Positions 56,688 through 64,000 of a stretch of 64,000 bases of DNA are shown piece by piece. Source of the DNA: an uncultured Gemmatimonadota bacterium (GTDB lineage Bacteria; JAAXHH01). Every line of letters starts with the position of its first letter. Within the stretch, counting starts at the first letter, position 1. Under the pieces are notes generated by a model that was not told the DNA's origin, searched no databases, and saw only the letters and a program-made list of their open reading frames with translations. Made by a program: the position numbers and the translations under genes. The stretch is taken from assembly GCA_951812955.1 (NCBI GenBank), contig OX638340.1, positions 576,001 to 640,000 on the forward strand, read 5' to 3'.

Positions 56688-57413
56688 ATGGCGGAACGCA
56701 ACTTGAAACAGCGCATCGGCGCGGGAGAACAGGTCATCGGCGCTAACGTCGGCATGTCCCATACAAGGGAACAGCTTAAAAAGGTAGTAGAGTCAGGTGA
56801 GTACGACTTTCTCTGGGTAGACGGACAGCACAGCGCTTTCAGCGAAGACTCCCTGGTGGAATTCTGCGACAGGGCCGATGCGCTGGATGCCGACGTCATG
56901 TTCCGCATCAAGCACACGTTTCACAGCTACCTGGTCGGTAACCTGCTCGACCTTGGGCCCGCCGGGATCGAAGTGCCCCAGGTCGAATTGGAATCAACGG
57001 TGGATGAGGCGGTCGACTTCTTCTACTATCCTCAGCAGGGCATGCGGAGCTGGGGAGGCGGAGCGCGGCGTAAAGTGGATGAACAGGGCGGCGACCGGCT
57101 GGGCTATGCCGAGTGGTGGAACAACTACGGCGTGCTGATGATGCAGCTTGAATCGATACCCGCGGTGACAGGTGCGCGGAGACTGGCCAAAGCGGGGGTA
57201 GACTGCCTGTCCTTCGGTCCAAACGATCTCATGTACAGTATCGAGGCCCATCCGCACCATCCGTTCCGCGACGTGGACGATTGCGTTCGCCACGTGGTCG
57301 AACAGCTCGCCGGTTCCGGTACGAGGGTGTGTTTCCGGAACCACCCGGCCAGCATGCGGCAGCGGTACGTTGACATGGGTGTAACGGTGTTTCTGGAGAG
57401 TCCGTCGCTGTAG
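56688..57413 (+). CDS. HpcH/HpaI-family 2-keto-3-deoxy-acid aldolase
   Basis: 241 aa. 'GANVGMSHTREQLKK...DFLWVDGQHS' and '...GVDCLSFGPNDL' are HpcH/citrate-lyase-beta-like motifs. AGGAG RBS. Confidence 0.75.
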   Translation: MAERNLKQRIGAGEQVIGANVGMSHTREQLKKVVESGEYDFLWVDGQHSAFSEDSLVEFCDRADALDADVMFRIKHTFHSYLVGNLLDLGPAGIEVPQVELESTVDEAVDFFYYPQQGMRSWGGGARRKVDEQGGDRLGYAEWWNNYGVLMMQLESIPAVTGARRLAKAGVDCLSFGPNDLMYSIEAHPHHPFRDVDDCVRHVVEQLAGSGTRVCFRNHPASMRQRYVDMGVTVFLESPSL

Positions 57414-57486
57414 AGGCTGCCGCCAGATAGAATTTGCCGATGCCGGCGGAGTTTTTCCCATTGCGGACGCGGTCCCCACGAATCTG

Positions 57487-59316
57487 TTATGCGCCGGGAC
57501 GCCCTCCGGCAATGTCGGATTTCGCATCGAAATCCAAAGACTGAGCCTCGTACATCTTCGCGAATAGACCACCCTGTTCTACCAGTTCCTTCGGCGTACC
57601 CGATTCGGCCAGTCGGCCCTCACTGATAACCAGGATGCGATCCGCGTGCCGGATCGTCGAGAGTCTGTGGGCGATGACCATGATGGTTCGGCCGGTCCTT
57701 GCCCGTTCGACGGCGATTCGGATCTCTTCTTCGGCCAGTGCATCCAGGGCCGAAGTGGCCTCGTCAAGCACGAGAATACAGGTCGAGGTCCGCATGAGCG
57801 CACGGGCCATGGCGATGCGTTGCTTTTCACCACCGGATAGCAGGATACCGTCTTCTCCCGCCTCGGTAGCGTACCCTTCCGGCAGATTCTCAACGAATTC
57901 GTGCAGTGCGGAAGAACGCGCGGCTCGCTCCACCGCCTCAATTTCATAGTCCGCAACGGGGTAAGCGATGTTGTCGGCAAGCGAAGCGTTCCACATGAAA
58001 ACATCCTGGGGCACGACGGCGATTCGCGACCTGAGAGAGGCCAGCGTCATCTCGCGTACATCCGTTCCGCCAATGGAAATGCTTCCGCTTTCTGGTTCCT
58101 GCATACGGGTCAGCAGGTCGATGATCGTGGTCTTCCCGCCGCCGCTCGGCCCCACGATGCCGACGAACTCACCCCCGTTGACCGTGAAGGAGAGATCTTT
58201 CACCTCGTATCCCCGTTCATAACTGAACCAAATGTCGGAAAACTCGATAGTCGGAGGCGTGATGTCGATCCGTTCCACCGGGCGTCCACGGCCGAATCCT
58301 TCCTCAGCGGGAAGCGCGAATAATCCGTCCAGGCTCTTCACGGAGACGTCGATGAGTTTTGTGCCGGTATAGGTCGCAATTACGGACCGCAACGCGGCGG
58401 AGGCTCTCGGCGTATAGGCCATGACGGCCACGAGACTGCCGATGGTGATATCACCGGCCATGGCCTGGAAAGCGCCATATCCGAGGAGGACGCCCAGGAC
58501 CAGTCCGCTGATCACTTCGTTCGGAAAGTTGAGCACGATATCGTGGAGGGCCGCACCACGCATCTTAACCCGGGCGTGTTTTTCTAATAGCCCCCCACAT
58601 CGCTTCCTGGTATGCGTTTCCCCATTGAACAGGCGTATCGTACGAAACGCGCCGACCATCTCGTAGAGGAAGCTCTCGACGGCCTTGCTCTGTTCGTTCG
58701 AACGGCGGTCCATTTCCTTCGAGTACCTGGACAGGAACCGGGTGGCCAGGTACGTCGCCGGCATCGCGACACAGAAAATCACCGCGAGTTCGACATTTAG
58801 CAGGAACACCATGATCAGCGTCCCCGCCAGCATGATCGAGCTTGTAAAGACGGGGAGCAGTTCCTGCGCGATGTACATCTCGCCGATCCGGCCGGTATCC
58901 CGCGTAACGCGAAAGACGATGTTCCCCCTGGGGATCTTTTCCAGGGCGTCCAGCCTGACATGCAGAAGGTGGTTCAGGACCGCCTTGCGCAGGGCAAGGG
59001 TAACCGACGCACCGATGCGGACCCGCAGATGTCCCTGTACGTAGGAGAAAGCGATCGCCACCAGCGGCGTGGCGACCATGGCCACCAGCAGTCTCCACGC
59101 CAGTGTTGTATCCGACTCCGGGATCGCCGTGTCGAAGAGCATTTTGAAGAACAGGGGCTGGATCAGCATGACCGCTGATCCAGCGAGCATCATGATAACC
59201 GCGGCGCCAATAGTATACTTATGTTGATACAGCGTCTGCCGAACGACTTTGGCGGCATGTGCCACCGGTTCTTTGTTCCTGTGGACTCGATTGGCTTTCC
59301 GATCGTCTGATGGCAT
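57487..59316 (-). CDS. ABC exporter, fused permease-ATPase (MsbA/type-I exporter fold)
   Basis: 6 TM, then NBD with 'GPSGGGKTT', 'LSGGEKQRIAMARAL' and 'ILVLDEATSALD'. Confidence 0.85.
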   Translation of the reverse strand: MPSDDRKANRVHRNKEPVAHAAKVVRQTLYQHKYTIGAAVIMMLAGSAVMLIQPLFFKMLFDTAIPESDTTLAWRLLVAMVATPLVAIAFSYVQGHLRVRIGASVTLALRKAVLNHLLHVRLDALEKIPRGNIVFRVTRDTGRIGEMYIAQELLPVFTSSIMLAGTLIMVFLLNVELAVIFCVAMPATYLATRFLSRYSKEMDRRSNEQSKAVESFLYEMVGAFRTIRLFNGETHTRKRCGGLLEKHARVKMRGAALHDIVLNFPNEVISGLVLGVLLGYGAFQAMAGDITIGSLVAVMAYTPRASAALRSVIATYTGTKLIDVSVKSLDGLFALPAEEGFGRGRPVERIDITPPTIEFSDIWFSYERGYEVKDLSFTVNGGEFVGIVGPSGGGKTTIIDLLTRMQEPESGSISIGGTDVREMTLASLRSRIAVVPQDVFMWNASLADNIAYPVADYEIEAVERAARSSALHEFVENLPEGYATEAGEDGILLSGGEKQRIAMARALMRTSTCILVLDEATSALDALAEEEIRIAVERARTGRTIMVIAHRLSTIRHADRILVISEGRLAESGTPKELVEQGGLFAKMYEAQSLDFDAKSDIAGGRPGA

Positions 59317-59470
59317 GCCCTCGCTCTCCTATGGTCGTCGATTCTCACCAGTAGAGTACGAAATCGTACACGGACAGGGATCGTTCCGGCAGATTCCACA
59401 AAAAGGCAAAGCCCCCGGCGGCATTTACCACCGGGGGCCTGGATCTGCATACCTCTGGAGCGACCTGCGT

Positions 59471-60742
59471 CTATCCCTGCCCCGATCCGCCGAGGACGTC
59501 TTCCAACTCGTTCACGAACACCTCGAGTTCGTCCGGCTTCCCGATGGTTACCCGCAGGTGATTGCTCAGGAGATTGATCTCCCTCGTCCGGTACCCGGAA
59601 CCGCCCCGTACCATCACGCCGCGTTCCATAAGCGCGGAGCCCATGCGGCGGCTGTCCCGCTTGACGTCCACGATCATGTAATTGCCGTGGCTCGGTGTGT
59701 ATGCCAGTCCCAGACGGTCGAATTCGGCGGACAGGTAGTCCTTGCCGTCGCTCACGACCTCTTTCGTACGGGCTACGAATTCGTGATCGTCCAGGGCCGC
59801 GAGGGCCGCGTGCATGCCCAGGGTGCTCAGTCCGCCGCCGAAGAACCCCATGTGCGCCATCAGCATATCCATCATGCGCTGGCTGCCGATCGCGTACCCG
59901 ATTCGCATGCCGGCCAAGCCGTAGATCTTGGAAAAAGTACGGGCGACGACCACATTGTCTCGCTCCAGGGCGAGTTTCGCGGCATCCCGGTAGTCCGGAT
60001 CCCGGACGAAGTGGATGTAGGCCTCGTCGATGAGGACGATGGCCTGCGCTGGCGCCGCGTCTACGAGGGACACCAGGTCCTCGTAGGGCACGATCGTTCC
60101 CGTGGGATTGTTGGGATTGGTGACGACGATCAGGGATGTTCTTGGAGTGATTGCCGCCTTCATGGCGTCGAGGTCGTGAACGAAGTCAGCCGTCGTGGGA
60201 ACGCGGACGGTACTGACGTCCTTGCCCATCATCTGATAGGTTTGAAAACCACGCGCGACCGATCCATAACCCGGGACCGCCTCGATGCACTCCCCGCCAT
60301 TGCTCGCGGCTATTACGGCCAGCGCCTGTAGTATCGGACCGGAACCAGGCGTGACCATTACCCGGTTCAACTCCCTGAAACGCATGAATGACCGCATGTC
60401 GCTAAAGCTCAGTTCGAAATCCTCGACACCCGGAACGCCGTGTAATTTGTTGAGACGAACGGGCAGATCGACACCGAAATCGTACCGGTTGATCTTGTGC
60501 AGGTTTTCGGCAATGGCCGCAACGGCGCGTGGCGAAGCGCCCAGGGGATTCTCGTTGGCTCCAATCTGGACCCGGCCCGGTTCCACGCCGTATCCGCGGA
60601 CGTCGCCGGCCTTCTTACCGGTCGCCATGGCCTGCGCGATCTCCCAGGCCGAACCTGAGGCGAGGGCGCCGGCACCCAGCAGGGCGCCTTTCATGAATCG
60701 ACGCCGCGTAAACCCGTTTTTTAATACACTCCCGAAACCCAT
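59471..60742 (-). CDS. Tat-signal-peptide-bearing class-II PLP aminotransferase (HisC/histidinol-phosphate-aminotransferase-like)
   Basis: N-terminus 'GFTRRRFMKGALLGAGALASGSAWEIAQA' has a twin-arginine motif, an h-region and AxA. 'GANENPLG', 'TNPNNPTG' and 'SKIYGLAGMRIGY' (PLP-Lys box). GGAGG RBS at start 'MGFGS'. Confidence 0.8.
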   Translation of the reverse strand: MGFGSVLKNGFTRRRFMKGALLGAGALASGSAWEIAQAMATGKKAGDVRGYGVEPGRVQIGANENPLGASPRAVAAIAENLHKINRYDFGVDLPVRLNKLHGVPGVEDFELSFSDMRSFMRFRELNRVMVTPGSGPILQALAVIAASNGGECIEAVPGYGSVARGFQTYQMMGKDVSTVRVPTTADFVHDLDAMKAAITPRTSLIVVTNPNNPTGTIVPYEDLVSLVDAAPAQAIVLIDEAYIHFVRDPDYRDAAKLALERDNVVVARTFSKIYGLAGMRIGYAIGSQRMMDMLMAHMGFFGGGLSTLGMHAALAALDDHEFVARTKEVVSDGKDYLSAEFDRLGLAYTPSHGNYMIVDVKRDSRRMGSALMERGVMVRGGSGYRTREINLLSNHLRVTIGKPDELEVFVNELEDVLGGSGQG

Positions 60743-60903
60743 GGTATGAACCTCCATTCAATGATTACTCGTAAATTGCATCGTATCTACAAAGTGTACA
60801 CCACCTAAGAGTCTGAACCTCCAACTAAAGATTGCCTGCGGATTTCCCACCATCCAAATGTGTAACGCCTGAATTCGAAACCTTATTTCGCTACCTTATT
60901 TCG

Positions 60904-62568
60904 TTACCTGATGTTGAGCCTTGCCATTTGCGTGACGATGTAGTCGGCGCAGCGGAACGCGAGCGCCTGTATGGTTAGCGTCGGGTTGCTCTTGCCGCTG
61001 GTGACGAAGGACGAACCGTCGACGATGAACAGGTTGTCCACGTCGTGGGCCTGGTTGAACTTGTTCACGACCGACGTCGCCGGATCGTTGCCCATTCGGC
61101 AAGTGCCCATGAGATGGGCGTCGCCATGGGGCACGAAATTCGGAGAGGCCACGATCCCATGGGCGCCGGCGGTGTCCAGCAGTTCGCGTGCGCGGTCCCG
61201 AAAGAAGTCGCCGAGTTTGTGCTCGTTCGGATGCACGTTGTACGTCACACGCGGTACCGGCAGGCCCCACTTGTCGTTTACGTCCGGGTCCAGGTCGATC
61301 ATGTTGGATTCCTGGGACATGGACTGCATGCTGGTAAGGGCGACCATGTACCGGGTGTAATTGTCCATGATCCATTTCTTGCGGCGGGCGCCCCACCTGC
61401 GGAGCCGGGGCATGTTCAGGTTGGCGAAGGAAATGGTTTCGCCGTCACCCCGCGGTTCCAGCACGCCTCCGCCGAAGAAACCGTACTTGTCCGGATCCGG
61501 GTCGTAGAAATCCTGGATAATGCGTGAATCCATGACGCCTTTGTACTCGTTGAGATCCTTTTCGTAGAATCCCCGGGCGGACTGGTAGTAGTTGAACATC
61601 AGGTGCCTTCCCACCTTGCCGCTGCTGTTGGCGAGGCCGTCCGGAAAGAGATTGGACTTCGACATGAGCAGCAGGCGCGGCGTATGGACGCCGTTACAGC
61701 AAACGATTACCGCGCGGGCTTCCAACCGGTGTTCACGCAGGTCTTTATCCAGATAGATCACTCCCTCGGCCCGGCCATCCTCGTCGACCACGATCTCCCG
61801 AACGCAGGCATCGGCCCGTATCTGGCAGTTGCCCGTCCTCAGCGCCTGGGGAATCATGGTAACCAGCATGCTGGACCGCGCGCCGATGGTACAGACGTAA
61901 CTTTCGCAGAAACCGCAATTCATGACCGGCGGCCGGCCTCCGTATTCCCGCGAGTTGATTGCCAGCGGCGCCGGATACGAGTGCCATCCCAGCTTCTGGG
62001 CGGCCATGTCTGCCAGGGCGCCCGAACTGGTTCGCGGCACCGGCGGCATGGGGTAGGGACGGCGTCGCGGCGGATCGAAGGGATTGGCGCCCGCCAGGCC
62101 GGATATCCCGACTTCGTATTCGGCCTTCTCGTAGTAATGTTCCAGGTCCCAGTAGTCGATGGGCCAGTCCTGCACGTCCGCGCCGTCCAGGTCGCCGAAA
62201 AGGCTTCTTTCCTTGAAATCGTTCTCGTGCAGCCGCCAGGAAATACCGGTGTAATGGAGCGTGCTGCCGCCCACCGTGCTTTGCATGTGAATCCCGTGAT
62301 CTTCAACGGCCTGATCGTCCGACGACTGCCGGTACGTATTGGGCTGATCGTGGCGATAGATGTTGGGATGGTCATGGTTATTGCTGGCGGGATGCATCGC
62401 CTGGAGTTCGTCCTGGTCGAAGTGGCGCGTCTTTTGAAATGATCCCATTTCCATGGCGACCACCTGCAGGCCCTTCGTGCTCAGTTCCTTGGCCATGACC
62501 GCGCCGGCGGCGCCTGTGCCGATGACGATGACGTCCGGTCGTCGAATCGTGGGATTGGGCAGGGACAT
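60904..62568 (-). CDS. GMC-family FAD-dependent oxidoreductase (no signal peptide)
   Basis: '[18 protein letters not shown]' FAD Rossmann at the N-terminus. Length and C-terminal region are GMC-like. Confidence 0.85.
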   Translation of the reverse strand: MSLPNPTIRRPDVIVIGTGAAGAVMAKELSTKGLQVVAMEMGSFQKTRHFDQDELQAMHPASNNHDHPNIYRHDQPNTYRQSSDDQAVEDHGIHMQSTVGGSTLHYTGISWRLHENDFKERSLFGDLDGADVQDWPIDYWDLEHYYEKAEYEVGISGLAGANPFDPPRRRPYPMPPVPRTSSGALADMAAQKLGWHSYPAPLAINSREYGGRPPVMNCGFCESYVCTIGARSSMLVTMIPQALRTGNCQIRADACVREIVVDEDGRAEGVIYLDKDLREHRLEARAVIVCCNGVHTPRLLLMSKSNLFPDGLANSSGKVGRHLMFNYYQSARGFYEKDLNEYKGVMDSRIIQDFYDPDPDKYGFFGGGVLEPRGDGETISFANLNMPRLRRWGARRKKWIMDNYTRYMVALTSMQSMSQESNMIDLDPDVNDKWGLPVPRVTYNVHPNEHKLGDFFRDRARELLDTAGAHGIVASPNFVPHGDAHLMGTCRMGNDPATSVVNKFNQAHDVDNLFIVDGSSFVTSGKSNPTLTIQALAFRCADYIVTQMARLNIR

Positions 62569-62581
62569 GGGGACTCCGAAA

Positions 62582-63262
62582 CTACGCTTCGCCGACGATT
62601 CTACTCTTCATCGGACCGTCATATGGCTTCCATTCGGGGTATTCGATCTCCGGAATGGTCATGTCGAATTCACTGAAAGGGGGATCGTAGCCAAAAGCCG
62701 CGCGACCTGGAAATCGGATCAGCTTCCATCCGGTCTCGCGATAGTTTCCGCCATAGGAGGGATCACTGAACATGCCCTCCATGGTATGCGTGACCAGCAT
62801 GCGCAGGAAATCCCTGGCGCCCATGGGGGCGTCGTCCGGCCAGTTCCGCGGGGACCTTGCACGGTCGATACCCATCAGGGCCCTGCGCTGATTTCTTGTA
62901 TCGAGATCCAGGAAGCCGGCTTCGTGCGAGAGCTGACAGTACCGGTCGAAAGCGGCCAGGCCGGAGACATAGGACTCCTTGTATTCGGCCCGGTGGCTGC
63001 CGAGGGCCCGGTCGATGTATACGATCACGCGGGCTTCCGCCGCACCGGGGTCGTTGTCGTCGGACGGCATGATCATCCGGGTCAGCGCGTCCACGGTACG
63101 GCCCTGGCGGGCGTCCAGGTTCTGCCAGGTGTATTCGAAGGGAGGTGTTTCCTGGGCGTCGATCGCACCGGTACGGGACAGCACGCCAAGTGTTATCACT
63201 CCACCGGTCGCCCGTGCGGTATTGGAAAGAAACGATCGGCGGGAAAACGGCTTTGACGTCAT
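62582..63262 (-). CDS. gluconate-2-dehydrogenase-subunit-3-family protein with Tat signal (small partner subunit of the GMC enzyme)
   Basis: 'MTSKPFSRRSFLSNTARATGGVITLGVLS' Tat motif. GGGAG RBS. Directly upstream of, and co-oriented with, the GMC gene. Confidence 0.7.
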   Translation of the reverse strand: MTSKPFSRRSFLSNTARATGGVITLGVLSRTGAIDAQETPPFEYTWQNLDARQGRTVDALTRMIMPSDDNDPGAAEARVIVYIDRALGSHRAEYKESYVSGLAAFDRYCQLSHEAGFLDLDTRNQRRALMGIDRARSPRNWPDDAPMGARDFLRMLVTHTMEGMFSDPSYGGNYRETGWKLIRFPGRAAFGYDPPFSEFDMTIPEIEYPEWKPYDGPMKSRIVGEA

Positions 63263-63460
63263 GGATTCCAGGCTCCCGACTCTATAGTTTCCATCGTTCG
63301 AATGCACATCAGGACTGTATACACATATCGCGTTGATTTATTCAATCTATCCGCTTCGAAAATACGGTTGAAAACCGGGTTGACAATAGAATTCGGCAGG
63401 GTTCTGATCGCGCGGGCAAAGAGGTTGACGGCAATACCCGCGAATCTATATTCATAAAGC

Positions 63461-64000
63461 ATGAACATTCTGAAGCCGCAGGCCCTCAAACCAGGTGATA
63501 CAATCGGGATCGTCGCACCGGCCAGCCATTCCGCGCTCCCGAGCGCGCTGCTGAACGGCCGCCGTTCACTCGAAGCCCTCGGATTCCACACGGTGACCGC
63601 ACCGCACCTGGCGGACAGGCACGGTTTTCTGGCCGGCCGGGACGCCGACCGCCTGGCCGACCTGGAAGGCATGTTCACCGATCCAGATATCCATGGAATC
63701 GTTTGCCTTCGCGGCGGATACGGGTCCGTCCGCATGCTGCAGCGCATGGATTTCGATATCGTCCGCACCAACCCCAAGGTCTTCGTCGGATACAGCGACA
63801 TAACCGCCCTCCATGGGGCAATCCATCAACGTACCGGCCTGGTCACCTTTTGGGGTCCCATGGTTGCCTCGGATATGAGTCCGGGTTTCCACCCATACAA
63901 CCGGGATGCCTTCATGAAGGCGGTTACAGGAGCCGATTCCATAGGCAGCATCGTGCATCCCGAGGACATGCCTCCCGTGCAGACCATTCATGGCGGCATG
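63461..64000 (+). CDS. LD-carboxypeptidase (peptidase S66, LdcA-like), N-terminal part (3' end lies outside the window)
   Basis: 'LKPGDTIGIVAPAS' and 'VGYSDITALH' (Ser nucleophile box). The ORF is open to the window end. Confidence 0.7.
   Translation, partial: MNILKPQALKPGDTIGIVAPASHSALPSALLNGRRSLEALGFHTVTAPHLADRHGFLAGRDADRLADLEGMFTDPDIHGIVCLRGGYGSVRMLQRMDFDIVRTNPKVFVGYSDITALHGAIHQRTGLVTFWGPMVASDMSPGFHPYNRDAFMKAVTGADSIGSIVHPEDMPPVQTIHGGM

Noticed and set aside
56305-56762. Small ORFs (69 and 65 aa) whose translations mirror the tandem repeats ('HQITRSPDHQITRSPD...')
   Set aside because: Their repetitive peptides are a translation artefact of the DNA repeats. No RBS, and they overlap the uxuA N-terminus.
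57414-57486. Rho-independent terminator between the convergent aldolase and ABC exporter genes
   Set aside because: Only a weak, short GC stem followed by 'AGTTTTT' could be found by eye. Too uncertain to annotate.
1-64000. tRNA/rRNA genes, integrases, transposases, prophage or toxin-antitoxin modules
   Set aside because: Intergenic segments were inspected. None has cloverleaf-compatible sequence or rRNA-like conservation. No ORF shows integrase, transposase or phage hallmark motifs.

Overview
GC-rich bacterial chromosomal window, densely coding on both strands (about 56 protein genes). No rRNA, tRNA, CRISPR array, integrase or transposase was recognised.

The genes fall into these blocks, in order:
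(1) ispH 3' end; a sugar-phosphate isomerase converging on a Gfo/Idh/MocA oxidoreductase; a GAF-PP2C phosphatase.
(2) A minus-strand block with Gram-positive-like 'ylm' synteny: yggS, yggT, divIVA, a divergent PNP-family gene, a dksA/traR-like gene, lspA and rluD.
(3) comM, a lipoprotein, and an ADC-like plus class-III aminotransferase pair.
(4) An RND efflux operon: MFP, RND pump and TolC-like outer-membrane factor.
(5) A GT9 glycosyltransferase converging on a four-gene operon: circularly permuted ATP-grasp, alpha-E domain protein, transglutaminase-like protein and an alpha/beta hydrolase.
(6) A plus-strand metal-associated block: a 778-aa fusion of a DUF318/ArsP-like, His-rich permease with an HflK-like SPFH domain, translationally coupled to HflC-like and HflK-like genes; then an orphan periplasmic binding protein, a ZIP transporter and a Cu-type P1B ATPase.
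(7) A minus-strand signalling block: STAS antagonist, REC-PP2C phosphatase, RsbW-like kinase, a paralogous orphan binding protein and a sensor histidine kinase.
(8) Two divergent PhyH dioxygenases.
(9) A SUF operon: Rrf2 regulator, sufB, sufC, sufD, sufT and sufS.
(10) A cytoplasmic sugar-acid cluster: two BNR/sialidase-like proteins, a DgoD-like dehydratase, UxuA and an HpcH aldolase. Its uxuA/aldolase divergent promoter region holds an 8-bp tandem repeat and about five 17-bp imperfect tandem repeats.
(11) A minus-strand module with Tat signals: Tat small subunit, GMC flavoprotein, Tat-signal HisC-like PLP aminotransferase and an MsbA-like ABC exporter.
(12) The start of an LD-carboxypeptidase.

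The most novel candidates are the permease::SPFH fusion with its HflC/HflK partners, the Tat-exported dehydrogenase plus aminotransferase module, the ATP-grasp/alpha-E/transglutaminase/hydrolase operon, and the binding-protein-coupled histidine kinase feeding a partner-switch cassette.

All functional calls rest on motif and family recognition by eye from the six-frame translations; no database search was run.
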